The notes: generated from the letters alone by a model not told the origin. 64,000 nucleotides of DNA from an uncultured Bacteroidales bacterium (GCA_963765005.1 CAVXUP010000009.1:77609-141608); one strand, 5' to 3'; positions 50,307-60,253 are shown, numbered from the stretch's first letter. Numbers and translations are program-made.

Positions 50307-51421
50307 CTCTTACCTGTAATGTAATAATAGACCTTATAGATTAAACTCAGAATTTTTTCATTATTGGGATAGTCCTTATACGTTTTAACAGGAAGCTCCA
50401 TAATCTCATTAAATCGCTGTTCAGTTATGCCAAACTTCCTTATCACGAATTCTTTATCTATTCTTAGCTGATCTGGTTTATAAAGTTCCTCCCGGAGAGC
50501 TTTCACAGCTTCTTCTCTAGATATCTCTCCGTTGCATATCAATGTGGAAAGATGCGCCTTCCGCTTGTCCACGTTGAATTTTACAGGCAGCATATATGCC
50601 TGGGAGAACTTAGTAAAAAGAGACTCATAATGTTTGCCGCCATAATATTCCCAGCCCAGTTCATTATGCAAAGTCTCAATAGCCAGTTTCTTATTATACG
50701 GAATGTATTGAAGAATCCTTACAAGTTTGATACCCCTAAAGTAAGTATAGTAGAACTCCTTCCAGAAACCAAGAAGAGGAAATGTTTTGAATTTACCCTT
50801 TCCGAATCTCCGGACAATCGACTTTAGCTGTCTTATATCCTTTGAGTTATAGCCCCAACTCTTCGGAAGTATTGCTTCAGTGGCAAAATTACTTCCTGTT
50901 ATGATATATTTAATGCCGAAATCTGTGCATATCTTATAAAGTGCGGCAAGGAAAGCATGATCGGTTGGTGTTTCCATATCAAGCACAGAGGCTTCGAGAT
51001 ACGCCATTTGAACATCTCTGAATTCTTCCCAGTCGACAACATATGTCTGATATTCAAAGCCCAGTTTCTTAACTACATTCTCTATATTCTTTATTGATAG
51101 TTCTGAGTTCCATCCATTGTCAAAATGCACAACAAGCGGACGAAGACCCTGTTTCTTAACAGTATAGGCTACATATGAACTATCTACTCCCCCGCTTACT
51201 CCTACCAGGCAATCAAATTCTTTTCTCCTGCCATCATGTTTAATCTTGTCAACAACTGCCTTCAGTTGTCTGTCAGATTCTTCCCCTTTATACATAAGAC
51301 GAGGGGCATTCCTGAAGAAATCGTTGCAATGGTTACAATATCCGTTTTCGTCGAAAACAATTTCAGGATCTGTTGTGTCCATAACACAACGCATACAAAT
51401 ATGGTATTCAGGATTCTGCAT
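50303..51421 (-). CDS. N-acetyl sugar amidotransferase (WbuX/WbpG/PseA family, PP-loop)
   Basis: 372 aa. N-terminal Cys-rich 'CMRCVMDTTDPEIVFDENGYCNHCN', PP-loop 'GVSGGVDSSY', and 'VHFDNGWNSE'. Confidence 0.85.
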   Translation of the reverse strand: MQNPEYHICMRCVMDTTDPEIVFDENGYCNHCNDFFRNAPRLMYKGEESDRQLKAVVDKIKHDGRRKEFDCLVGVSGGVDSSYVAYTVKKQGLRPLVVHFDNGWNSELSIKNIENVVKKLGFEYQTYVVDWEEFRDVQMAYLEASVLDMETPTDHAFLAALYKICTDFGIKYIITGSNFATEAILPKSWGYNSKDIRQLKSIVRRFGKGKFKTFPLLGFWKEFYYTYFRGIKLVRILQYIPYNKKLAIETLHNELGWEYYGGKHYESLFTKFSQAYMLPVKFNVDKRKAHLSTLICNGEISREEAVKALREELYKPDQLRIDKEFVIRKFGITEQRFNEIMELPVKTYKDYPNNEKILSLIYKVYYYITGKR

Positions 51422-51426
51422 ATCTC

Positions 51427-52738
51427 TCAGTATATTCGGGGATTCATTGTCTGTTTTCCTTTGCTGAATTGCATCGAAAGATAAAACTCAATACAATATT
51501 TAATGCTATAAACAATTGTATAAAGCGCAATTGCTGTTTTAGGATGATTAAATATTTTGTATCCGCTTATAAAAGATACAGTTACGAAAGAGAACAGAAT
51601 TATCTGGATTATTAGGTCAATATTTTGTTTTTCAGCGATAATGAACATATTTGAAAGAGGGCTTACCACAAATGAAAGAAAAAACATAACTGTCATTATC
51701 TGGGCATACTCACCGGCAATTCTCCACTCTGCGCCAAATACAAATGAGAAGAGGAAGGGAGCAAAAAGCAGGATCACAGTAAACGGGACAACAGCTATAA
51801 CAAGGAGTAACCTGAAAAGCTTCAGAAAAGTTGAGTAGCAAGATCCGTTCTCCTTGAATTCGACGCTTGCGTGCTGGCGAAAAACATCTCCGACAGAGAC
51901 GCCGATAAGACTTCCCGGTGCAGCTATTATTCTTTGTGAAAGAGAAAAAAAACCAGTGACAGATGCCCCGAAAAATGATGAAAGAAGGATTACAGGGATT
52001 TGGCCCGCCCCTTTCTCAAAAAACCCTGAAACAACATTGAATTTAGGAAATTGCACATAGCGTTTTGCCATTGCTTTCATTCGTGCTGCTGAGATTTTTT
52101 CTATTCTGAACCTGTCGTATTTCAAAGATCTGAAAAAGACATACGACCCTGCAATGAATTGCCCGATTGTATCAGCAATTATCAGGCCGCCTGATTTAAC
52201 AAGAGTAAAACCAAAACCGATGCTCAATCCGCTTGAGAATACTGAGCGGACAATTTTACCTGCTGAAATATTATTAAAGTGTTTTCTTCGGTTCAGCCAC
52301 AGATTGAAAGTATTGTATATTCCGATTGAGAATACTGTTAAAGGCATTAACAGGATATAATTATACAATCCTGATCGTGTCAGCAGATCCTCCAGAATGA
52401 ATCGGGAAACAAGTGATAAGAACCAGGCTGACAATTGTAACAAGGAAGGTAATAAATACCGAAAGAGAAACAATGTTTACGCCGTCATCATCATCTTCAG
52501 GAAGGATGATTGCTGACTCATAACGTCCGGTAATAAAAACACAAATGATTTGTGATATACTGAAATAAAGTGCGAACAGTCCAAAATCCTCTGGTGAAAA
52601 AATCCTTGCAAGAACGGGTGATACAGCCAGGGGAATAGCCTGGGCGATAATTGTCCCGGTCATGAGAATTATGACATTCCTGGAGAACGAAGGATTGCCG
52701 GAAGGACTAAATTGTTTTAACCTGTCGGTCAGGCTCAT
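51427..52738 (-). pseudogene. Wzx-type (MOP superfamily) flippase, with a +1 frameshift near 52400-52420
   Basis: The N-terminal ORF 52361..52738 ('...IILMTGTIIAQAIPLAVSPVLARIFSPEDFG') and the C-terminal ORF 51427..52473 overlap in different frames. Joining them gives '...VSLVLIT/SRFILEDLLTRSGLYNYILL...'. Confidence 0.8.
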
Positions 52739-53737
52739 TCGGAAGTGTTAAAGGGAAATTTATGGTCGATAACCCGCATCAGGAAATAATTGACAAGGAG
52801 GCAAACAGGGAAAGTAATATAATATGCTACAATACTATTTTCTGACAAATAAACAAGTGCTATGAAGAATGTGTTGACCAATATCATCCATGATCACTGT
52901 TTTCTTATGTGTAAAACCGGAGCGGACAATTCTCTGGTAGAAATGTTTTTTATGAGCCACACTCAGTTTTTCATTGTTTCTCCATCTCCTGAATAGAGTA
53001 ACTGAGGCATCAACCCAGAAGAGAGATGTCAGGATAAGCCAGCCAATAAGATTTAATTGTTGTTCGTTGTTGAAATACAGGCCGAGAATAATCAGAATGA
53101 ATCCCAGCTGAGTGCTGCCTATATCCCCCATGAAGATCTTTGCTTTCGGCCAGTTCCAGATAAGGAAACCGAGTAATTGCAAATATCAGAATAGAGAGTA
53201 TCGGGTTACCGGTTACTGCATAAACATTCCTGATGAAACCATGATTGCTTCAGCTGATGCATAGCCATCGATCCCATCAAGAAAATTATAAAGATTGATG
53301 AACCACACAATACCAATGACTGCAATAAGTGACAGAATGAGGCTGTAATCAATTTTCAGGTCATTCAGAGTAAATGATGTTTCATTCCGCCGATAAAATA
53401 TAGTCCGGCTGCAAGCTGTGAAAAGCTGAAAAAGGATCCTTATCCATGGTTTTATGTCATAAATGTCGTCAATAAAACTGACTACTGCAAGAACAGATCC
53501 TGATAACAAGGCAAGGAACAGTCGTGTTTCAATTAGCCCAAGTGATCTTCAAAACTGATTATCCCTACATACCAGGATACGACGATAGCCAGTCCTCCTC
53601 CTCTGTGGCGTGGGTTGAGTGTGAGAACTTCGCTGATTTGGGATATCCATAATTTTCTTTCTGACAGCAACCTGCATTATTATAAAGGTTCCTGCAAATG
53701 AAATAATAAGAATAGCATTATAAGCAGAAATAGTCAC
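52735..53737 (-). pseudogene. WbpL/WecA-like (MraY family) polyprenyl-phosphate HexNAc-1-P transferase, at least five frame disruptions
   Basis: Family motifs are split across frames: 'DIPNQRSSHTQPTP' then out-of-frame 'RGGGLAIVVSWYVGIISF'; 'INLYNFLDGIDG'; 'TGNPILSILIFAIT' out of frame; 'WPKAKIFMGDIGS'. The C-terminal 'MILVNTFFIALVYLSE...KFPFNTSE*' is in another frame, and its TGA overlaps the wzx ATG at 52738. Confidence 0.8.
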
Positions 53738-54376
53738 TTGATGTTTGGATTTTAAGATTATGACTGTGAAATAACGACAGTTTCTGACTCAGCTTCTCTT
53801 TTTCAACCAGGTATCTGTGTAAGAAAAGGTATTATGCTCAAGATAGCAAAGACAGGAATTGTAAAATGAGTATTAACGCTAAAAAAGCTGAAATAAAAAG
53901 CAACGAGAAAACAGATAAAAAAGTAGATATGATGACGATAATATTTTATATAATAAAAGAAAACTAAGGAACATGAACCAGATATAGGCCAGTCCACCTA
54001 TTATACCGGAATATAGGAAAGCTGAAATAAAAGGATTATGCGGATAGTCATATCTGACCTCGCCAAATTCTGTTCCGATCATTTCAAGGTAATCGAATCC
54101 ACCTCCAAACAATTTCTTGTGCAAAGGATATTCCTTAAAGATAATCCAGCTGTAATACCACCTCGACATTCTAGTTCCAGCGAAGTAATCCATTTTTTGT
54201 TCCTCGAGGAAATTGACATCTTCTTTCTTTCTGACCGAATCAGTATTGAAAATGGAATTAAATCCAGAAATCATAGAGGAAACACTAAAAGCACTTGCCA
54301 TTGATGACCTCAGCGCTGTTATACTTTTTGTATTAACACTAGCCGAAATATTTTTTTTATCTCTTCCAGGTGGAAC

Positions 54377-55330
54377 AACAGAATACTCAGGATGGGCAAA
54401 TATTATGTATCCTTTTAGATCCCTGAAGTCAACGGAATTATTTTTTGCCCAGTATAAGTACACAGGTGATCGTATTCCTTTGTTAACGAAACGGATACTT
54501 AACTTCTGCCAAACACCTTTTCTTGATAAATCATATGCATCAACAGTTTTCCCTGAAACATCACCCTCTGCTGAGATATTAGCCCAGCTGCCATTAAAAT
54601 CTTTTGAAATATAGCAATAGACAGATGCCATTAATGAATCGTTGAGAGACGAAATATTATCACCGATGAATAAATTCGAAATATCAGTATAAGAATATGC
54701 ATTATTATTCCATGATGAGGCATTACTCGTGCTATCCATTTTATAACCAATTGAATTTTGAGGAACAACTTCCACATTTTCGCCGCCAAGAGGGAATTCA
54801 AGGATACATCTTCTTGAAGCCCATCCGGAAGTAGGATTTTTAGGATCGGGCATGATTTTTCTGAACTCAGGACAGGCAAAAACAATAAATCCTCTTAGAT
54901 TGCTGAAATTACTTGAATTGTACAAAGCCCAATATAGATATACAGAATGACTCTTCCCGGTAATTTTGAAACAGATATTTAGTTTCTGCCATACTCCTTT
55001 CCTGGTCAAATCATAGTCCTGGCTAACTATTCCTGAGACATTTCCTTCAGCTGAAATATTTGCCCAGGTCCCATTAAAGTCATCTGAAACATAACAATAA
55101 ACAGATGCAGAAAGTAACTCTGTACTTGGATCAATGGTATCAGCAGAAAAAAACATTGAAATATCAGAATACGAGTAGGAATTATTATCCCAGGCAGATG
55201 CATTGCAAGTGTTGTCCATCTTGTAACCAATTGAATTGGCAGGAACAATTCCAACATTTTCTCCGGTTAAAGGAAACAAAAGCGTGCTGGTTCTGGAATT
55301 CCAGCCGGAATTTGGATTAAAGGGATCCGG
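54377..55330 (-). repeat. Intragenic tandem duplication: 2 x 159 codons (54854-55330 and 54377-54853)
   Basis: Repeat 1: 'PDPFNPNSGWNSR...FPLTGENVGIVPANSIGYKMDNTCNASAWDNNSYSYSDIS...SVYCYVSDDFNGTWANISAEGNVSG...YDLTRKGVWQKL...VYLYWA'. Repeat 2: 'PDPKNPTSGWASR...FPLGGENVEVVPQNSIGYKMDSTSNASSWNNNAYSYTDIS...SVYCYISKDFNGSWANISAEGDVSG...YDLSRKGVWQKL...VYLYWA'. Confidence 0.9.
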
Positions 55331-55675
55331 TCTTTCATTCCAGACAGTTTTATTAAAGTATGAGTAGTCTTTATGGGATATAATTGTTGAATATCTATAC
55401 AACAGAGTTGAAGAGTATAACTGGAAAGACTTTACAGGGATTTCTATCTTACTGAGTGAATATCTTTTAATTTTTGGAGGTAAAAAAAGAAAAATCACCA
55501 TCAGCAACAGGAATAAGAAAAATGATGACAAATAAATAAGCAAAACCTTAAATGATTGATTTCTTTTAAAGTACCAATATACTGCAAAACATACACTAAG
55601 AATTACAAATACGATAAGAATGAACAATCCTCTTCGAGAGTATGAGAAAAGTATGTTAATTGAAAGAATAAGAAG

Positions 55676-55683
55676 AAAAAAAA
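55676..55683. repeat. A8 (T8 on the coding strand) homopolymer at the frame break of the Wzy_C-type gene
   Basis: The + strand reads 'agaagAAAAAAAAgag'. The two halves of the gene come into register if the tract is 7 nt long. Confidence 0.85.
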
Positions 55684-56419
55684 GAGTAAGTGCCCGAACG
55701 CATATTATGAACCTGCCCTTTTAAATAAATAAGGCTATAGAATATTGAAATTATACCAATAAAACTGAAAAGAATATAAAAATTATAATCACGTATAAGG
55801 GAGGTACCGAATATTTGAATTGCAGGAATATCAACAGATTTAAGCTGCAGGTAGTATTTAATTAAACCTGCCACACTAATCAGGAAAGACAAATACATAA
55901 ACTGGAGAGAAAGAATCTTGCCAAGTTCAGATAATTGTTTCAGATTATTAACAAATAGAAACAATCCAAATCCAAAAATCAGAATCACAATAGCATACAT
56001 TACCTCCTTAGCTGAGAAAAGGAAATATGTGGATGAAATTGTGAAACCCAGAAATACAAAAAATAAGTTTAACAGTAACTGGTTGTTATATTTCAGGAAC
56101 CGTTTGATGAAAACTTCCATATTGCTATTTCTGAAATGCACCGATGTGAACACAAGAAACAAAAAGAGCACCGGCAGAAAGAAATAGTTCATAAACGGAA
56201 GCACCATTCTAAGAATGCTCAAAGAAACCGTCACAGATAAGAAAAGAAGGGGATCAATATTTATGAATCTCTTCAATAAATTCATAGTCAAGTTGATAAT
56301 ATACTATAAAAAAGGTGTTTTTAATGTCTCTGGCGGCTTTGTCTCTTTATAAAAGGATTATTGAAACTCCATGTTGATTTCCCTCACAGACCTCAAATCT
56401 GATGCGGGAATCACATGGT

Positions 56420-57640
56420 TCAACAATTCATTCGTTGCAAAAATGAATCAAGTGTTTTGAGTACCTTATCCTTTTTGAAGTTTTCGATATAATAATTATA
56501 TCCATTAATACCCATCTTCCGTAAATCTTCAGACGATGTTTTGGATAAACCTTCGATGGCATTTGCCAAACCGATTTCATCTCCCGACGAAATGCAAATC
56601 CCGCAATTTGCTTCCGAAACAATTTCATTTCCTGCACCACTCAACATTGAGATAACTGTTTTCCTGTTGGCCATATAGGTTTGTAACTTGGCGGGAACAG
56701 TCAGCGCAAAAGCCGGATCAGACTTCAGGCTGACAAGAAGAACTGATGCCTTTTCAAAGAAATATGGCATAGTATCAGGAGGAAACTGACCTAGCCAGAA
56801 AACCTTGTCAGAGAGATTTCTGTTTATAATTTCACTTTCAAGCCAGATTCTCTTTCTTCCATCGCCAAGAAAAACAAGCTTCAAATCTTTGATGTGTTTA
56901 ACCAGCTCAATACCTTTCATTAGTGTCTCGATATCCTGAGCATCACCAATATTCCCTGCAAAAAGAATTACAAATCCTTCAGGGAGACCAGGCAATTCCC
57001 TGAGCTTTTCTTCACTGACAGTGTTCTGAACATCATCAGCCCAATTGGGAAGATATGAGATATTGTCAATTGAATAACCATATTGTTTTATTGAATCGGT
57101 AAAACTCCTTGATGAAACAAGGATTTTATCACATGATTTATAAATCCGGTGAACAATTGATTTAAGAACCTTTTCAATAAGAAATGGCTTGAGTGAGCTT
57201 GCTGCAAAAACACTTTCAGGCCAAAGGTCCAGAACCCACATGGCCATTGGTATCTCTAATGTTTTTTTGATCCTGGCACCCAATAAGCCAACAAATACTG
57301 GAGAAAGCTGGCAAACAAAGACTACATCAAACGTTTTATTCCTGAGTAACTTCCTCCAGAAAAATTTCCCGGTAAGAGGAAAGAAAATGTAATTTAGAAT
57401 AAGTTTTACAGCATTTCTTTTACCCCGGGGAATTGTAGGCAATCTGTAAACTTCAATACCTTCATGCAACTCCGATGCAGGTGACATGAATGAATAGCCA
57501 CTATAAAACTTGCCTTCAGGGTAGTTTGGCATACCAGTCAGCACTGTTACTTCATGACCCATTTCCCTGAGATAAATGGCGGCCTCGTTAATTTTGAAGT
57601 TTTCCGGCCAGAAATATTGAGATACAATGAGTATCCTCAT
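56420..57640 (-). CDS. Glycosyltransferase family 4 (WcaI/WbuB-like)
   Basis: Start at ATG 57640. 'MRILIVSQYFWPENFKINEAAIYLREMGHEVTVLTGMPNYPEG' is the typical WcaI-like N-terminus. Confidence 0.85.
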   Translation of the reverse strand: MRILIVSQYFWPENFKINEAAIYLREMGHEVTVLTGMPNYPEGKFYSGYSFMSPASELHEGIEVYRLPTIPRGKRNAVKLILNYIFFPLTGKFFWRKLLRNKTFDVVFVCQLSPVFVGLLGARIKKTLEIPMAMWVLDLWPESVFAASSLKPFLIEKVLKSIVHRIYKSCDKILVSSRSFTDSIKQYGYSIDNISYLPNWADDVQNTVSEEKLRELPGLPEGFVILFAGNIGDAQDIETLMKGIELVKHIKDLKLVFLGDGRKRIWLESEIINRNLSDKVFWLGQFPPDTMPYFFEKASVLLVSLKSDPAFALTVPAKLQTYMANRKTVISMLSGAGNEIVSEANCGICISSGDEIGLANAIEGLSKTSSEDLRKMGINGYNYYIENFKKDKVLKTLDSFLQRMNC

Positions 57641-57650
57641 AGTAAAAATA

Positions 57651-58205
57651 TTATTCCAGACTTCTGCAAAGATCATCCTCTCCGAACCCTATCTGCGCTG
57701 ATGTCTTTGTAAGCATTTCGGAATGAATTTTCAGTTCATCCGCATTTTTAAATCTATCCTTAATCTTTTTGGCTGGAATTCCTCCGTATATGCAAAAGGC
57801 ATCAACATCCTTCGTAACAACAGAGCCAGCTGCAATAATTGCACCATCCCCAATTCGAACTCCACAAAGTATAATTGAGAATGCACCAACCCAGACATCC
57901 TTGCCAATAATTGTTTCCTTAATCTTTTCCCTTCCCGAAAAAATAATAGGAATACCTGGATTCTTGTATATATGATCGCCTCCAATAATGCTTACATTAT
58001 TTGCCAGAAGGCTATATGCACCAATTCGGACTTTAGGATAAATAAGACATTGAGGACCTGCATAGGAATACTCATCAGCGATAAAATCCTTCGATATTTT
58101 GGATCTTCCACCGAGATAAAAGGTCTCATGTACGGCACTTAGTCTATACTTTTTACGTATTAAAAACATTCGAATTTTCCGATATAGTTTCTTTATGACA
58201 TTCAT
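57651..58205 (-). CDS. Hexapeptide-repeat (left-handed beta-helix) acetyltransferase
   Basis: 184 aa with hexapeptide repeats 'IGAYSLLANNVSIIGG' and 'VWVGAFSIILCGVRIGDGAIIAAGSVVTKDV'. Confidence 0.85.
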   Translation of the reverse strand: MNVIKKLYRKIRMFLIRKKYRLSAVHETFYLGGRSKISKDFIADEYSYAGPQCLIYPKVRIGAYSLLANNVSIIGGDHIYKNPGIPIIFSGREKIKETIIGKDVWVGAFSIILCGVRIGDGAIIAAGSVVTKDVDAFCIYGGIPAKKIKDRFKNADELKIHSEMLTKTSAQIGFGEDDLCRSLE

Positions 58206-58210
58206 AATTA

Positions 58211-59332
58211 TTAATTTAAGGGTGTTGTCGGCGGTTTAGCAGTACTAAGATTGAACGATTTAGTACTCAGAAGCAAGGAATAGAAAACTATGTCAATGTA
58301 AGAGATCCCCCAGAAAATGGTGCACTGAAACATCGATAGCATCATTATCGCCAGGACTGGAATGTAGTTCTTCCAATTCAGATTAATGAAGATAATGCTG
58401 AAATACAAAATGCTTATAACTACCCCATTTGTTGCAAGCGTCTGAAGATATGCATTGTGTGCGTGCAATACTCTTCCATCAGGCATTGTTATAAGGTACT
58501 TAAACGATCCATTTCCAAGTAAGGGATTTTCCAAGATAAACTTCCAAAACCGGGGGTAAATGTAATCTCTTTCACTAAGGACATTTGGAGTAAACTCAGT
58601 ATTGCCTCGCATAAATTGAAACATCAGCTCTTCAATATAATACAACGAGACAGCAAAAACCAAAACAACAATCAATGCTGTAAGATACTTTATTCTAAAC
58701 TGGTTCCTGATCAGGTCATCTGCAAGATAGATTATGATGCCAAAACAAACTGCTATAAGCACTGATCTGTTGAATGAAATAATAAATCCCAGAGCAATCA
58801 ATACTTTAAATGCATTTTTATTGATGGGGATAGCATTATTAAATCTGAATGCCAGGATAGCAGCGGCAAAAACAGCATATGCAAAACCGCTCTTGTTTTC
58901 ATGAATACCATAAACAGATAAGTCATAAATAGCTTTAGACTGCTCATTGAAAGCCAATGCTGTAGGGTCAAAAAAACTACGGGTTCCTGTTAGAAACTCA
59001 AAAATTCCAACAATTATATCAAGTAGGGAAAATATAAGTAACCAGCGGACAACAGATTCATCAATACTTTTCCCAATATATACAGTAAAAAGAATTAGTA
59101 TCGAGTAGGGAAAAAGATAGATCAGGGATTGCGGAAGGTGTCCTCCCAAAAGTGCAAAAAGCTCATTCAGAATACTCAGGATTACTATAATGAGTATAAC
59201 TGCCGTAGTCTGATCAAATGTGAATTTGAATTTCGACCTGATCATTACCAGCGGCAAAGCAAAAAGGGCAAAGTAAGAGACAGAAAAGAATGTTGTGCTG
59301 AAGAAAATAATAAAAGCAATCAGGAAAGCCAT
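58211..59332 (-). CDS. Wzy-type O-antigen/capsule polymerase (Wzy_C domain), intact
   Basis: 373 aa and polytopic, with 'GRVLHAHNAYLQTLATNGVVISILYF'. Confidence 0.75.
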   Translation of the reverse strand: MAFLIAFIIFFSTTFFSVSYFALFALPLVMIRSKFKFTFDQTTAVILIIVILSILNELFALLGGHLPQSLIYLFPYSILILFTVYIGKSIDESVVRWLLIFSLLDIIVGIFEFLTGTRSFFDPTALAFNEQSKAIYDLSVYGIHENKSGFAYAVFAAAILAFRFNNAIPINKNAFKVLIALGFIISFNRSVLIAVCFGIIIYLADDLIRNQFRIKYLTALIVVLVFAVSLYYIEELMFQFMRGNTEFTPNVLSERDYIYPRFWKFILENPLLGNGSFKYLITMPDGRVLHAHNAYLQTLATNGVVISILYFSIIFINLNWKNYIPVLAIMMLSMFQCTIFWGISYIDIVFYSLLLSTKSFNLSTAKPPTTPLN

Positions 59333-59340
59333 GCGATTCG

Positions 59341-60249
59341 TTAATTGAAGCTACTTAATCTTCCGCGTGGATAGGCATCTATATAGGAACCTTGTGTCAG
59401 GTTTATAACTTTTGTGTTGCAGGATTCGGCATATCGCTGAACAAGGTGATGGGAATAAAAAGTATCCATGAAAAACTTCAGGGCTTCGTGTAGTTTGTAA
59501 ACATTATTTTCCCTGTCTTTAGTCCATGGTATAAGCTTCACCGATGATGAATCATAGAAATGAACATCCCTGATACACAACTGATTTGAATCATTTACTC
59601 TGATATTCTCTAACCAGGAATGATCACAACCCAGAACATTTATGTTTTGAAAGCCAAGATTAATAGAAGTAAATATTGAGGCAATCAGTACGTTTTGCGG
59701 CCTTGGCATTCCAAGATTCAAATTATACAGGAAATGAGCAATTCTGGTATATCCACCTACGGGTGTAATATTAATTGGTACTACAATTATGAACTCATGA
59801 TTTATGAACTTATTCTTAAAAGCTTTATTTCTATATGCGTCCCAGGGAACATAAAAAAACATTTTCCACTTTGTCACTTCCACCAACCTGTCCAGAATCT
59901 GATTTCTGTCCCGTATTAATTTTTCCTGCACATTATCCCTCCATAAGTCAGGATCGATATAAAAATAGTGCGCGGGTTTGATTTTTAAGAATGACTCTGA
60001 GGTTACAAATGAATTCACAGCAAAAACATTCTGGCAGAAACGGAATAGTTCTTCATTTTTCAATTCTTCAACAAGTGAAGGCCCGTTACCCAGTATATAG
60101 CATTCTCCCGGATCTGAAATGCCATTTCTTATATTTCTGATAAACACATTAGTTTTAAGACGACTGAAAAGCAAGGCACTAATCATTGAAACCAGGGTTT
60201 TAAACAGGTTATCACTAAAGGAATAGAACCACTTCAGAAACTTCTTCAT
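59341..60249 (-). CDS. Putative glycosyltransferase with a GNGPSL motif (DUF115/Maf-like or sialyltransferase-like)
   Basis: 302 aa. 'ECYILGNGPSLVEEL' followed by 'AVNSF' and 'VLGCDHSW'. The GNGPS(L) motif is shared by DUF115/Maf and GT42-type nonulosonic-acid transferases. Confidence 0.4.
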   Translation of the reverse strand: MKKFLKWFYSFSDNLFKTLVSMISALLFSRLKTNVFIRNIRNGISDPGECYILGNGPSLVEELKNEELFRFCQNVFAVNSFVTSESFLKIKPAHYFYIDPDLWRDNVQEKLIRDRNQILDRLVEVTKWKMFFYVPWDAYRNKAFKNKFINHEFIIVVPINITPVGGYTRIAHFLYNLNLGMPRPQNVLIASIFTSINLGFQNINVLGCDHSWLENIRVNDSNQLCIRDVHFYDSSSVKLIPWTKDRENNVYKLHEALKFFMDTFYSHHLVQRYAESCNTKVINLTQGSYIDAYPRGRLSSFN

Positions 60250-60253
60250 TATT

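Larger units (their letters stand above)
53879..56291 (-). pseudogene. Wzy_C-type (O-antigen polymerase/ligase-like) membrane protein with a tandemly duplicated extracytoplasmic domain, split at a T8 (A8 on +) tract
   Basis: ORF 55656..56291 (multi-TM) and ORF 53879..55627 are joined by removing one T of the T8 tract. The junction then reads '...TYSFFLLILSINILFSYSRRGLFILIVFVIL...'. Near the C-terminus is 'DYPHNPFISAFLYSGIIGGLAYIWF' (Wzy_C signature). The true C-terminus may extend to 53803 through a further shift. Confidence 0.7.

Noticed and set aside
53803-53997. 64-aa hydrophobic ORF overlapping the 3' end of the Wzy_C-type gene
   Set aside because: It could be the true C-terminal TM segments reached through another frameshift. 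Both frames are hydrophobic, so I cannot decide from sequence. It is not called as a separate gene.
27382-56291. Possibility that the frame breaks reflect programmed ribosomal frameshifting or an alternative genetic code
   Set aside because: The breaks have no shared slippery motif, occur with both signs in the WbpL-like gene, and come with in-frame stops in several frames. Neighbouring genes read normally with the standard code.
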